From the NCBI GenBank assembly GCA_965221125.1, contig CBDCRW010000005.1:672001-736000 (forward strand): a stretch of DNA of 64,000 nt, given 5' to 3'. Each line of letters starts with the position of its first letter. Positions within the stretch are counted from its first letter, which is position 1. Source of the DNA: Alphaproteobacteria bacterium. Lineage in GTDB: Bacteria; Pseudomonadota; Alphaproteobacteria; UBA828. The position numbers and the translations under genes are program-made. The notes under the pieces were generated by a model that saw only the letters and a program-made list of their open reading frames with translations, made no database searches and was not told the DNA's origin. This document shows positions 46,435-56,785 of the stretch, piece after piece.

Positions 46435-47499
46435 ATGGCTGTCTATATCGGGCTGGATGTATCGCTGGCAAGCACGACAATCTGCGTGATCGGCGACAAG
46501 GGCAAGATCGTGACCGAGGCTCAGGTCGCCAGCACGCCTGACGCGTTGGTTGCGACAATTCGTGATGGGCAAGCGTGGAGGCACAGCAGACGCGTTGGTT
46601 CGCCGTGATCGTGTCTTGAGGCCGGTCCCCTGTCCCACTGGTTGCACAAGGGGCTGACCGACGCCGGCTTCGAGGCCGTCCTTATGGAGACCCGGCGGGT
46701 GAAGGCAGCGCTGAAGGCGATGCCGATCAAGACGGATCGCCGGGATGCCGAGGGCATCGCACGGCTTCTGCAGATGGGCTGGTTCAGGCCGGTGCACTGC
46801 AAGTCGGTATCGTCGCAGGAGATGCGCGCACTGCTGAACTCGCGCAGGTCCGTGAAGGACGCGCTCACCGATATGGAACTCTCGCTGCGCGGCGTGTTGC
46901 GCAACTTTTGCCTGAAGCTGGGCCAGGTCTCGAAGGGCCGCTGGGAGGCCCGCGTCCGGGAGTTGATCGCAGGCAACGCGATGCTGGAGGCCGCCGCCGA
47001 ACCGATCCTGCGCGCGCGGGTGGCTCTGCGCCGCGAGCTGGCCGGCCTGGAGAAGCTGGTCCGCGATCTGGCCAGGGAGGATCCGGTATGCCGGCTGCTG
47101 ATGACCATGCCCGGCGTAGGCGCGGTCGTGGCCCTGACCTTCAAATCGGCGATTGACGATCCCGGGCGGTTCCGGAGATCGAAGGATGTCGGCCCCTGGG
47201 TGGGACTGACGCCGGGCCGGGACCAATCCGGCGAGCGAGATATTGTCGGCGGCATCACGAAGTGCGGCGACGCAGGTCTGCGTACCGCGCTCTATCAGGC
47301 CGCCACGGTGATGCTGAACCGCACCGCCGGGCCGAACTGGCTGAAGGCCTGGGCGCTTCGTCTGGCGAAGCTCCGTGGCAAGAAGCGTGCGACCGTCGCC
47401 CTGGCCCGGCGCATCGGCGTGGTACTTCACCGGATGTGGCGGGACGGCACCGAGTTCCGCTTCACGCGCGAGGAGGCGATGGCGCTCCAGACGGCATAG
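46435..47499 (+). pseudogene. IS110-family recombinase/transposase interrupted by an in-frame TGA (46606-46608)
   Basis: MAVYIGLDVS...RVG[SP*SC]LEAGPLSHWL...KTDRRDAEG...GLTPGRDQSGE...ALARR. ORFs 46375..46608 and 46642..47499 are in the same frame. Confidence 0.88.
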
Positions 47500-47914
47500 G
47501 CGCGGCTGCATCCCACCGGCAATCGGAAGCGAGAGGAGGAAAGAGCCGCGCCTGAAGGTGGCGATCCACCGGTGTCCCCTCGCCGGGACGCGGTTCCCGT
47601 TGATGCACGCGCTGCGTCTTGTCGGCCGAACCGTTTCATCGCGTTCGAGCACGCGACCAAGATCGGCACTCGGGAATCGTTTGGACCAGGCATGACGTTG
47701 GCAGCCGCTGCGCTGACCACGGACGGAAGCGAGAGCCTGGCGACGGACACATCCGGGAATCCCGCTTCCTTCTTTGCCGCGCAGACGAGTCAGTTAGCCG
47801 CTCCCGCCATGGCAATCCGCTATGTTGACCGCGCCTGTGATTCGATTTGCAACAGGCTACGGTGCTTCATGTGCGAGCCACCGTGCCAGGCCGGAAGATC
47901 GTGAAGATCGGTGT

Positions 47915-48229
47915 TTGACATCAACCGCCCCATTACGGAAGACGCAGCTGGTGGCTTCGCTGTCCGAATCGACGGGGCTGCCGAAGAAAGACGTCGCGGC
48001 GGTGTTCGACGAGCTCGGTGTTCTCATCGAGCGCCACATCAAGAAGCGCGCGGTCGGCACCTTTACGCTGCCCGGCCTTCTGAGGATCACCCGCGCGCGC
48101 AAGCCCGCCAGGAAGGCGCGGACGATGATCTCGCCACGGACCGGCGAAGAAATCCAGGTGGCCGCAAAACCGGCGTCCACGGCGGTCAAGCTTCGGCCGC
48201 TGGCGGGCCTCAAGCGGATGGTGGAATAG
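47915..48229 (+). CDS. HU/IHF-family DNA-binding protein
   Basis: KTQLVASLSESTGLPKKDV, FTLPGL, KPARKAR..ISPRTGEEIQVAAKPAS. Start uncertain (TTG). Confidence 0.82.
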   Translation: MTSTAPLRKTQLVASLSESTGLPKKDVAAVFDELGVLIERHIKKRAVGTFTLPGLLRITRARKPARKARTMISPRTGEEIQVAAKPASTAVKLRPLAGLKRMVE

Positions 48230-48316
48230 CTCTCCGCCGCCCGGTCGAAACGGCGCCCGCGTTCCGGCGATACGTCCCGGCATGTGAGACGCATCGGCGC
48301 GCGCCGGAGTTCCGCC

Positions 48317-49159
48317 TCAGATGAGTTCGATATCCCTCGCCTGAAGGCCGCGCGCTCCCTGCTCCACCATCACGCTCACGCGCTGGCCCGCTTCCAGGCC
48401 GCCAAGGCCCGCACGATTGAGCACGATGCCCGGCACGAACACGTCAGGCCCGCCGTCGTCCGGCACCACGAAGCCGTAGCCCTTGGCCGCGTTGTAGAAC
48501 TTGACCAGGCCGGAACGCTCCTCGGCCGGCCCGGCCGGCTGGCCGCGCTCCCACCTTTGCTCGCGCCGGTCCCGGTACGGCTCGTCGCGGCCCGCAGGTT
48601 GGGCCATGGCGGTCGAGGCATCGACGGCGACGATCGACGATACCATCGGACCCCGCTGGCCTTCCGCCACCTCGCAGGTCACGGTCGCGCCCTGCGGGAG
48701 CGTGTCGTATCCGGCGTCCCGGACAGCAGAGGCATGGCAGAACACGTCGGGCGAGCCGTCGTCGGGGACCAGGAACCCGAAGCCTTTCGACGGAACGAAC
48801 CATTTCACGACAGCCTCGACGCGGCGGGACGGAGCCGGACTCCGCTCGCCATGAAGGCGTCCGTAATCGCCGCGCGGCGGCCCGCCGCTCCCCGGTGGGC
48901 TCGTGGTCGCGGTCGACGTATCGACGGCATGGATCTGCCAGACCTGCAGGCCCTGACGGCCCTGCTCGACCTCACAGGTGACGGTCGCGCCCTCGGGAAG
49001 AGTGTCAAAGCCTGCCTGCGACACCGCCGAGATATGGCAGAACACGTCGGCCGAGCCGTCGTCCTGCGTCAGGAAACCGAACCCCTTCACCGGATTGAAC
49101 CACTTCACTGTCGCCACGACCGCGGCGCCGGGCGCCGATCCTGAACCGCCTTCCCGCAT
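48317..49159 (-). CDS. Cold-shock protein with three tandem CSD domains
   Basis: [34 protein letters not shown] and [17 protein letters not shown], separated by G/P/R-rich linkers. Confidence 0.9.
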   Translation of the reverse strand: MREGGSGSAPGAAVVATVKWFNPVKGFGFLTQDDGSADVFCHISAVSQAGFDTLPEGATVTCEVEQGRQGLQVWQIHAVDTSTATTSPPGSGGPPRGDYGRLHGERSPAPSRRVEAVVKWFVPSKGFGFLVPDDGSPDVFCHASAVRDAGYDTLPQGATVTCEVAEGQRGPMVSSIVAVDASTAMAQPAGRDEPYRDRREQRWERGQPAGPAEERSGLVKFYNAAKGYGFVVPDDGGPDVFVPGIVLNRAGLGGLEAGQRVSVMVEQGARGLQARDIELI

Positions 49160-49468
49160 TCCGAACGACCTGCCTTCCGTGAGTTGCCGGGCCGCGCCCG
49201 CCGCCGGGCCGCCATCATAGCCACGGCCGGGACGCGGCGACAGACCGGCGGACGCCTCGTGATCTGCCCCGGCCGTCCCCCGGATCACCAATCGGCGGCG
49301 CCTGCCACCCCTGCACGTCTCCGCCCCGCCGCCTCACCGTCGCCCCTCCGCCGCCACACGCCTGCGCGCCGGCATGAGCGAGAGCTCGGCCGTGACGCGG
49401 GCGGCGGGGGCGGCGCTGTGGAGCGTGTCCTCGCCGTCGGCAACCACCACCGGGGGAGACGGCAGACC

Positions 49469-49792
49469 ATGCAGACCGGCCGGATGTTCCATCGCAACGC
49501 GCGGACGTTCTTGATCCACCTGTTCGGCAGAGGCCTCGACGACGAGCGCTACGTGGTCGAGACCTACCGCTCCCTCCCCAGCGGCGAGATCCGTGCCGTC
49601 GACGCCGGGCAGCCCGAGACGAAGGGCCGGCGCAGGCCGCGCCGGAAGATCGTCTCGCGCAAGGCGGTCCGGGAGATGCGCCCCGAACGCGACGAGATCA
49701 TCATCTGCACGGGGGTCAAGCTGGCCCGCTCCGGGGTCCAAATGTGGGGCTGCGCCGCCTCGGGCCTGAGCACCCTGCGCAACGCGCGCTGA
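49469..49792 (+). CDS. Hypothetical protein (107 aa, basic)
   Basis: ATG follows GGGGAG, GC3-rich codons, and the gene ends 15 nt upstream of the Cys-rich gene. Confidence 0.55.
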   Translation: MQTGRMFHRNARTFLIHLFGRGLDDERYVVETYRSLPSGEIRAVDAGQPETKGRRRPRRKIVSRKAVREMRPERDEIIICTGVKLARSGVQMWGCAASGLSTLRNAR

Positions 49793-49807
49793 CTGGGAAG
49801 CCAAGCC

Positions 49808-50614
49808 ATGCCGCTCAAGGACCCTGCGAAGCAGGCGCGGGATCGTCGCCACCGTCTGCGCCACGCCGATTGCCTCGCCAGTGGCGTATGCACGCGCTGC
49901 GCCAAGCGTCCCCCCGAGCCCGGACTCAAGGTTTGCGGTAGTTGCGCCGAGAAAAGGCGCGCCGCCGACCGCGCCCGTCGTGCCAAAGCCAGGCAGCAGG
50001 GGGTGCCATACGGCGGCCGGGATCCGGAGCAGTGCCGCCGCGCCGACCGCGCCGGCGACAGGCGCCGCCGCCGGGCGCGTCAGGAGGCAGGGCTATGCTC
50101 GTCCTGCGGCCGGCGCCGGCCGGAAGACAACCGCTCCGTGTGCGAGCCATGCCGCGAGGCACGCCGCGCACTCGACCGCCGGCGCTATGCCGCGCGGCGC
50201 GCCACCGGCCGTTGCGTGCGCTGTGCGCAGCCCACGGTCGGCGACCTGTCGCGCTGCGGCCGGTGCCTCGCGCTGGAGAAGGAACGCGTCTGTGCCGAGC
50301 GGGCAAATGCCGCCGGGAAGAGACGCTATGTCGCGAGACGCGCGCGGGGCGCGTGTGTGGATTGTGGAGTCCCCACCGGGGGCACGGCCCGCTGTCCGCG
50401 CTGCGCATATCGTTCCAACTCCCGCGCGCCAGAGCGTCACCTGGTGTCGCTCTGGCCGCCGCAGATCACCGTGGTCGAATTAGAAACAGGCGACGAGCTG
50501 GGCGTCTTCGAGACCGAATCCGAAGCCGCCGCCTGCATCGCCTTCGCCCGCCTGCGTCCCGACCAGGTCGAAGTCCTCTCCAACGTGCCGCTCTTGGCCC
50601 TGTCGCCGTCATGA
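49808..50614 (+). CDS. Arg-rich protein with four CxxC-x(9-11)-CxxC zinc-finger-like repeats
   Basis: CTRC..CGSC, CSSC..CEPC, CVRC..CGRC, CVDC..CPRC, each preceded by RR...G(V/L/R/A)C. Confidence 0.75.
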   Translation: MPLKDPAKQARDRRHRLRHADCLASGVCTRCAKRPPEPGLKVCGSCAEKRRAADRARRAKARQQGVPYGGRDPEQCRRADRAGDRRRRRARQEAGLCSSCGRRRPEDNRSVCEPCREARRALDRRRYAARRATGRCVRCAQPTVGDLSRCGRCLALEKERVCAERANAAGKRRYVARRARGACVDCGVPTGGTARCPRCAYRSNSRAPERHLVSLWPPQITVVELETGDELGVFETESEAAACIAFARLRPDQVEVLSNVPLLALSPS

Positions 50615-50855
50615 GCGCGGACCCGCCGCGGCCGTCCCGAACGTGAGCCCGCTCCCGACATTCGCAATCCCGAATCGGCGCCGCGGCAGTCACCGGCCGT
50701 GCGGTCCGCGAGGCCCTCGTGAACCCGGCGAGCCTCGGAGCAGGCCGCGGCCAGGAGGAGGTGAAGAGCTTTCGAGGAGTGAACTGGAGGTGGATCGAGA
50801 GAGACCGCCCCGTTCGCCAACCATCGTCAGAACTCGCACGTGAAGGAGCACGATC

Positions 50856-51302
50856 ATGAGTTTCGGACTGAACCGCGCAGAAGTCATTGGCCGCCTGGGT
50901 GCGGACGTCACCGTCAACAGCCTCGCCTCCGGCGGGCGCGTCGCCAATATGAGCATTGCGACCGACGAGAGCTACGTCGAGAAGCAGACAGGGAATCGGA
51001 TCGACAAGACCGAGTGGCATCGCGCCGTCACCTTCCAGGACGGGCTGATCGACATGCTGGCGAAGCACGCGAAGAAGGGCCGCTTGGTCTACGTCGCCGG
51101 CAAGATGCAGACCAGGAAGTGGCGCAAGGACGGCGAGGACAGCGACCGGTTCTCGACCGAGATCCTGCTCGTCCCCGGTGGACGCGTGCAATTTTTGGAC
51201 AAGCCTGCCGGCACCAACGGCAACGGCACCGCGCCGGCCAACGGTGACGATGCGCAGGCGGCCGCATCGGCCGACGCCCAGGGCACCGGGATTCCCTTCT
51301 GA
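50856..51302 (+). CDS. ssb: Single-stranded DNA-binding protein (mobile-element type)
   Basis: LNRAEVIGRLGAD, SIATDESY, TEWHR, GKMQTRKW, C-terminal IPF; RBS AAGGAG. Confidence 0.93.
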   Translation: MSFGLNRAEVIGRLGADVTVNSLASGGRVANMSIATDESYVEKQTGNRIDKTEWHRAVTFQDGLIDMLAKHAKKGRLVYVAGKMQTRKWRKDGEDSDRFSTEILLVPGGRVQFLDKPAGTNGNGTAPANGDDAQAAASADAQGTGIPF

Positions 51303-51462
51303 ACGGCCTGTCCTCGCAGCGGGTGCCTCCCGCCCGCTCGCCCCTGGGGCCGTGTTCCGCGTCATCTCCCGCGCGGGGCACGGCCCCTTCCTTCTTCAAC
51401 CATGGCACGCGGCAGGCACCCTCCGGGCGCCGCCGCGCGCCGTTCGTCCAGGAGGTTCTGCC

Positions 51463-51762
51463 ATGTCCGGCTACAGCCTCACCGCCGACGACATCGCCTT
51501 CCGCTCATGCGGCGATGACGAGTGGCTCGTCATCGCGGACGGCGAGACCGTCGGCACCGTCATGAAGCGCCCCGCCTACACCACTCCCGATCGCGGGGTC
51601 TACTACATACACCTCTACGACGACTTCGCAGGACCCGTGCCGGTCGAGGATGCGCGCGCCGTGCGCGCGACAGTGGCCGAGCTGCTGATCACGCGTGATC
51701 TCGCGCCCGCGATGCCGATCGTGCATCCCGCCTGGCTGGTGCAGCAGCACGCGGGCGCCTGA
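51463..51762 (+). CDS. Hypothetical protein (99 aa)
   Basis: ATG follows AGGAGG; sits in the ssb-toprim gene run. Confidence 0.6.
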   Translation: MSGYSLTADDIAFRSCGDDEWLVIADGETVGTVMKRPAYTTPDRGVYYIHLYDDFAGPVPVEDARAVRATVAELLITRDLAPAMPIVHPAWLVQQHAGA

Positions 51763-51975
51763 CAGCACCACCGCCGTCCTCCGGCACCCTGGGGGCCGCG
51801 CCTGCGCCGATGACCGGCGCGTGCGCGTGCCCCCTTCTTCATGCAGCACGACCAGAGCCCCGTCCCGCCGGGCAGCGGCGCGGGTGCGCTGCGCGCCTCC
51901 CCGCCGCCCGCGCGCCGCCGAGAGTCCGAGCCCGGCCGGAACCCGGGCACTCTCTGGACGGAGCGGGGGAGCCCC

Positions 51976-53079
51976 ATGAACGCCACCCGGATCGCCAAGG
52001 CCCTCGGCGAGCGCGCCGAGGAGGTCTGCCGCGCCTATCTGCCCCACGGGCGCAGGCAGGGGAGGTACTGGACCGCCGGCGACATTCGCGGCGCCCGCGG
52101 GCGCTCGCTTTTCGTCCGCCTCGCGCCTCCCGGCATCCCAGGCAAGTGGACCGACTCAGCAGAGGGCACGCATGGCGACCTCCTCGATCTCATCCGCCAC
52201 CGCATGGGGGACGTGCCGCTGCGCGACGCCATGGCTGAGGCCCGCGCCTTCCTCGCCCTGCCGGCTGCGCCGGCATCGGGCTCGGCCGACGCGTACGACC
52301 CCTGCGAGGCGGCACGCCGCCTTTGGCGGCGCTGCCGCGCCATCGACGGCACCCACGCCGAGGCGTACCTCAGGGCCCGCGCCATCCACCGCTGCCGCTT
52401 TCCCGCGCTACGCTTCCATCCCTCTCTCTTCTACCGCGACGGCGGCGGCGTGCACCGCCTGCCGGCATTGGTCGCCGCCGTCACCGCCGACACAGGGGAA
52501 CACCCCGGCCCAGGGGAACACCTTGGTCCGGAGGACCGCTCCGGTCCAGGTGAGTGCCTCGACCCGGGGGAGCAGCGCACGCATGGCGCCATCGTCGGCG
52601 TCCATCGCACGTGGCTCGATCCCCGGCGTCCCGCGAAGGCAGACGTGTCGTTCCCCCGCAAGGCCCTCGGCCGTGTCCATGGCCATGCCGTCCGCTTCGG
52701 CGACCCCAGCACCGGCACGCTGCTGGTGGGGGAGGGCATCGAGACCATGCTCTCCATCGTTACCGCCGTGCCGACCGTCATCGCCGCTGCCGCGCTCTCG
52801 GCCGGTGGCCTCGGCGCCTTCACGCCGCCAACGGGCGTCGCACGTCTCGTCGTGGCCTGCGACAACGACGAGGCGGGAGAGCGTGCCGCGCTTCGACTGC
52901 GCCGGCGATGTTCTGCTCTGCGCATCGAGTGCGCCGTTGTCGTCTCCCAGACCGGCGACTTCAACGAGGACATCGTGACCTTCGGCCCGCACGCCCTGGC
53001 CGCCCGCATCGCGCCCTTGGTCCGCACCGCCGCGGCATTGCCGGCAGGCAGGAAAGAAACAGGAGGCCGTGCGTGTTGA
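51976..53079 (+). CDS. Toprim-domain primase-like protein of ICE/plasmid type
   Basis: CRAYLPHG....YW..GD, GKWTD...HGDLLDLI, AEAYL.AR, GVHRTWL, VGEGIETMLS, VACDND..G, GDFNED. Confidence 0.82.
   Translation: MNATRIAKALGERAEEVCRAYLPHGRRQGRYWTAGDIRGARGRSLFVRLAPPGIPGKWTDSAEGTHGDLLDLIRHRMGDVPLRDAMAEARAFLALPAAPASGSADAYDPCEAARRLWRRCRAIDGTHAEAYLRARAIHRCRFPALRFHPSLFYRDGGGVHRLPALVAAVTADTGEHPGPGEHLGPEDRSGPGECLDPGEQRTHGAIVGVHRTWLDPRRPAKADVSFPRKALGRVHGHAVRFGDPSTGTLLVGEGIETMLSIVTAVPTVIAAAALSAGGLGAFTPPTGVARLVVACDNDEAGERAALRLRRRCSALRIECAVVVSQTGDFNEDIVTFGPHALAARIAPLVRTAAALPAGRKETGGRAC
52495..52584 (+). repeat. Five degenerate 18-nt tandem repeats in frame within the toprim gene
   Basis: Encodes GEHPGP-GEHLGP-EDRSGP-GECLDP-GEQRTH. 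Confidence 0.75.
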
Positions 53080-53581
53080 AATGGAAGCCTCTTCCGTCGT
53101 GTCCTCCAATTCTTCCACGCGTGCTCGCACCAGCAACCCTGCGGGTCCTCCAGTCGCTCCGCTCCTTCCGGCCTGGCCCAAGGAACTGTAAGGGCGGGCC
53201 GTGAAGTTCGGCGACCGTGAAGATGGCTTGCGTGTAATCGCCAACCGCCTCGTCTCGCAGCGCGCCGGCCCCTCTCGCGGGGCCGCCGCGTCACGCTGCA
53301 CCGCCTCAAATCCATTCGCGGAACCATTCATGGCGGCGCCTAGACGCCGGGCAGGCCCAAGCGGGCCTGCCCGGCCCGGCGCCGTAAGGACCACTGGAAT
53401 GGATTTGCTGCGGAGCACCGTTCCCACCGGCACGGCGGCGCCATCTTCCGCACCATCGCCAAACTTCCGCACCACCCCGCCCAACAGTTCCTAAGGCCAG
53501 GTGCTGATCCTGCGCGCGCGTGAAGAAGGAGGACACCACGACGGGGCACAGGGTCCCGGAGGGCGAACAAGGGAGATCGTC

Positions 53582-54496
53582 ATGATCGACACCACAAGCG
53601 CTACCGCTTCTGCAACTGCTACGGTCTGCGAGAGCATGGCCCTCTACGGCACGGCGCCCGAGCGCGGCGAGCTCGACAGCAGGGTCGTCTGGGACGAGGA
53701 CGACGCCACCGATGCGCTGAGCGAGGCCATCCGCGTCATCGTCGTCGGCGTCACCGTCGATGGCACGCAGATGGCCGACGAGCGCGAGCCCCTGATGTGG
53801 GGCTTCGTCAACATGCTGCACTCCCAGGTCGCCAGGCTCGACCGCGCCGTCGACCGCATCACCCCCGAGATGCGCGACCTCGAGAAGGCGCAGGATGGAT
53901 CGGAGGTGAAGGCCTGGGAGTTGCAGACCCTCACGGACCGGGCGCAGAGCCTCGGCGACCGCCGCGACGCCTTCGAGAAGATGCGCGACATCGCAGCCGA
54001 TGCCTACCGCGTCGAGACCGGCGATACATGGCGCCCGAGGCACGGCTCGCACACGAGCCGCACAGGGACGCTGACCTCCGCCGCCATCGATGCCCGCGAC
54101 TTCCGCAGAGCCCGCAAGGACCGCGAGACCCGCGCGCACCTGCCCGAGGGCACCCTGGTCGCGATCACCGGCGGCAAGGCCGTCGCCGATGCCGACGCGG
54201 TCTGGAGCACGCTCGACCGCGCCCGCGAGAAGTACGGCGACATGGTGCTGGTCCACGGCGGCGGCCCCGGCGTCGAGAAGATCGCGGCGAGCTGGGCCGA
54301 GGCCAGAGGCGTCAACCAGGTCGTCTGCCGCCCCGACTGGACCGCCCACGGCAAGGCCGCGCCCTTCCGCCGCAACGACGAGCTGCTCAACCTGCTGCCC
54401 AAGGGCGTCATCGCCTTCCCAGGCTCAGGCATCACGGGCAACCTGGTCGACAAGGCGAAGCGCTTGGGCATTCCCGTGATGGTCGTACCGGCCTGA
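53582..54496 (+). CDS. DUF2493 / SLOG (YspA-like) domain protein
   Basis: QDGSEVK..EL, TGDTWRPRHGS, LTSAAIDARDF, VAITGG, LVHGG.PG.E.IA..WA, AAPFRRND, AFPGSGIT.NL. Confidence 0.82.
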   Translation: MIDTTSATASATATVCESMALYGTAPERGELDSRVVWDEDDATDALSEAIRVIVVGVTVDGTQMADEREPLMWGFVNMLHSQVARLDRAVDRITPEMRDLEKAQDGSEVKAWELQTLTDRAQSLGDRRDAFEKMRDIAADAYRVETGDTWRPRHGSHTSRTGTLTSAAIDARDFRRARKDRETRAHLPEGTLVAITGGKAVADADAVWSTLDRAREKYGDMVLVHGGGPGVEKIAASWAEARGVNQVVCRPDWTAHGKAAPFRRNDELLNLLPKGVIAFPGSGITGNLVDKAKRLGIPVMVVPA

Positions 54497-54517
54497 TCGG
54501 CGCCCGCGACAGACACA

Positions 54518-54545
54518 GCGGTCGGTGCCTCACGGCACCGACCGC
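54518..54545 (+). terminator. GC-rich hairpin, probable intrinsic terminator
   Basis: GCGGTCGGTGCC-tcac-GGCACCGACCGC, 21 nt after the DUF2493 stop and followed by a T-rich tract. Confidence 0.6.
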
Positions 54546-55700
54546 GTTCTGCGTTTTCACGACGGCTGTCAATGCGCGCAGTCCGGTGCACCCGACCGCC
54601 GGTATCCGTATCGGCCACCGGTGTGCGCCCTCGATGGCCGGTGCCGCCGCGCTTCGCGCAGGCGGCGCTCGCGCTCTCTGCGGTCGCTGGCCATCCCACA
54701 TCACTCCGAGCCCCGCGTCCGGCTCGGCGCTACGCGCCATCGCCGGACGCTCGTCTCGCTGCAGAGAGACACACCGCGACTCAGTACGCGAAGTCAGAAC
54801 CGCGGTCGAGCCGCGCGCCGCCATCGCCGGCCTTTGCAGCGGCGCGCGCATGGACTGCGCGCGCTCGCGCTTGTGCCGATGACGATGATCGCGGCGATGA
54901 AGATGGCGATGGTGCGCCGTCGACCGCCGCCGCCGACATCGTGCCGCAAATCACCTTCGACCGATGGACTGCAAGTCCCATGCGCGTGCTCGGCGTCAGC
55001 GCCGTCGCCGAAGACGACGAGCGCCTCCGCGGTTCGACGGACATTGGTGCCGTCGCGCCTGAACGGCCCGACGTCACCACGTCCGACACTCGTGACGATC
55101 ATGGTGATCGGTCCACTGCGCCGACCATGATCGCTTGCCTCATTTCTACCGCATCTCCGAACGCCGCCAAGTCTGCGAGAACATGCGCCTGCACGAGCTC
55201 GGCAGATCGATCCCCGCGTGCATCCCGAGCCGTGCCGAGCGCACCGGAATCGCCACACACGGACAACACAAGTCGCCAATTGTGTTCTACATAACGCGTG
55301 CCATAAGAAATTCCGCGTATGCTCTGCGAAATACGCCCGAATTCCCGGATTCCTGGCCTCACCGTGCCTCCTGCGCCCCCTAAGTGGCTGGGCCTGATAG
55401 CTTTTCTGCGGACCCCTGGACCTGTCTTACGCCTTGAGGCGTTTTTTGCTCTCACACCTGACGCAGCCCGCTGCAGGCCTACGACAACACTACGCTCAGG
55501 CACGCGCAGGATACAGCCTGCTACGATACTTCGTAGAAGAGCGTAGCTCAGAGGGGCCGGAATAACTGCGTCGCATTTTGCGTCGCTCCGAGCTACATAA
55601 GAATTGTTCCGTAAGCGGTATCGATCCCCCATACTTCCAACGAATCTGATTTCGCGGCTGACTCTGGGCCTTGGCAAGGAGCCCTGGAGGAGGCATCGCG

Positions 55701-56345
55701 ATGAAGGATTTGGATTTGCTGCGTGGCCACGAGTTCGGCGGTCACTCGGTCGAGGCACCAGCGCCTGAAGAAGCCGCCCCATCTGCTGCAGCTCCACCTA
55801 CACCATCCACAGCAACTGATCCGGCTCATCACACTCGGCGATCATGGTCTGCCGAGGAGAAGGCGCGGATTGTCGCGGAGAGCGACAGACCGGGGGCCGT
55901 GCAGAAGGAGGTCGCGGCTCGCCACGGCATCACCGGGCAAACTCTTCGTCAGTGGCGCAGTCGGGCGCGCGCTCGTGGTCTCTCCGGCGCGCGCGGGGTG
56001 GCGGCATCCGGGAAGCGGGATGGCCGGCCTTGGCCGGATGATGTGAAGGCGCAGATCGTTGCGGAGAGCGAGCGCCCGGATGCATCGATATCGGCAGTTG
56101 CCCGCCGTCACGGCATCAGCGAGAGGACGCTGCGCACCTGGCGTCGTCAGGCGGCGAGTGGCGCTGGTGGTGATCGGCGGGGAGCCGAGTCTGCGCCTCC
56201 CTATATTCCGGTTGTGGTTGACGGGGCTGCGTCCGAGCAGACGGTCGCGATCGAGGCGCTGGGCGTCGTCGTTCGCCTTCCGGTGGAGAGCGCGGTCGAT
56301 CGGATCGTGGCTGTGGCCTCGGGGCTGGGTCGGGCGTCGTCATGA
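55701..56345 (+). CDS. tnpA: IS66 TnpA with two tandem HTH domains
   Basis: RRSWSAEEKARIVAES...VAARHGI...LRQWR and GRPWPDDVKAQIVAES...VARRHGI...LRTWR. Confidence 0.85.
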   Translation: MKDLDLLRGHEFGGHSVEAPAPEEAAPSAAAPPTPSTATDPAHHTRRSWSAEEKARIVAESDRPGAVQKEVAARHGITGQTLRQWRSRARARGLSGARGVAASGKRDGRPWPDDVKAQIVAESERPDASISAVARRHGISERTLRTWRRQAASGAGGDRRGAESAPPYIPVVVDGAASEQTVAIEALGVVVRLPVESAVDRIVAVASGLGRASS

Positions 56346-56692
56346 TCGCGGGTCCCTCGCTTCGCATCGTGTTGGCGACGCGGCCGGTTGATTTTCGCCG
56401 GGGCCACGACGCTCTTGCGGCGACGGCGGCGGGGGAGCTGGACCTCGATATCTATTCCGGGGTGATCGTGATCTTCCGCTCGCGCCGCGGCGACAGGCTC
56501 AAGCTGCTCACCTGGGACGGCACCGGTCTGGTGATGACCTACAAGCGTCTGGAGCAGGGCCGCTTCGCGTGGCCCGCGATTGAGGACGGTGTGATGCGCC
56601 TTACGAAGGGCCAGTTCGAGGCTCTCTTCGAGGGCCTTGACTGGCGCCGGGTGAAGGCCCGCCCGGTTCGCCGCCCGCTGGCAGCGGAGTGA
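56342..56692 (+). CDS. tnpB: IS66 accessory protein TnpB (Orf2)
   Basis: PVDFRRGHDAL, FRSRRGDRLKLLTWDGTG..M.YKRLE.G.F.WP. Confidence 0.93.
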   Translation: MIAGPSLRIVLATRPVDFRRGHDALAATAAGELDLDIYSGVIVIFRSRRGDRLKLLTWDGTGLVMTYKRLEQGRFAWPAIEDGVMRLTKGQFEALFEGLDWRRVKARPVRRPLAAE

Positions 56693-56785
56693 AGAGACAC
56701 GCAGGCGGGGGCGCAGATTCTGGTCGAGGTCCCGCCTGCGCTTTTCTCTGGTCACGCATTGGCGAATCGGATTAAGGGATCAGTC

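Noticed and set aside
43024-55528. Shared motif GCAGGAT...CCTGCTACGATA at 43024 and 55506
   Set aside because: Only two short imperfect copies exist, which could be chance, and no function can be supported.
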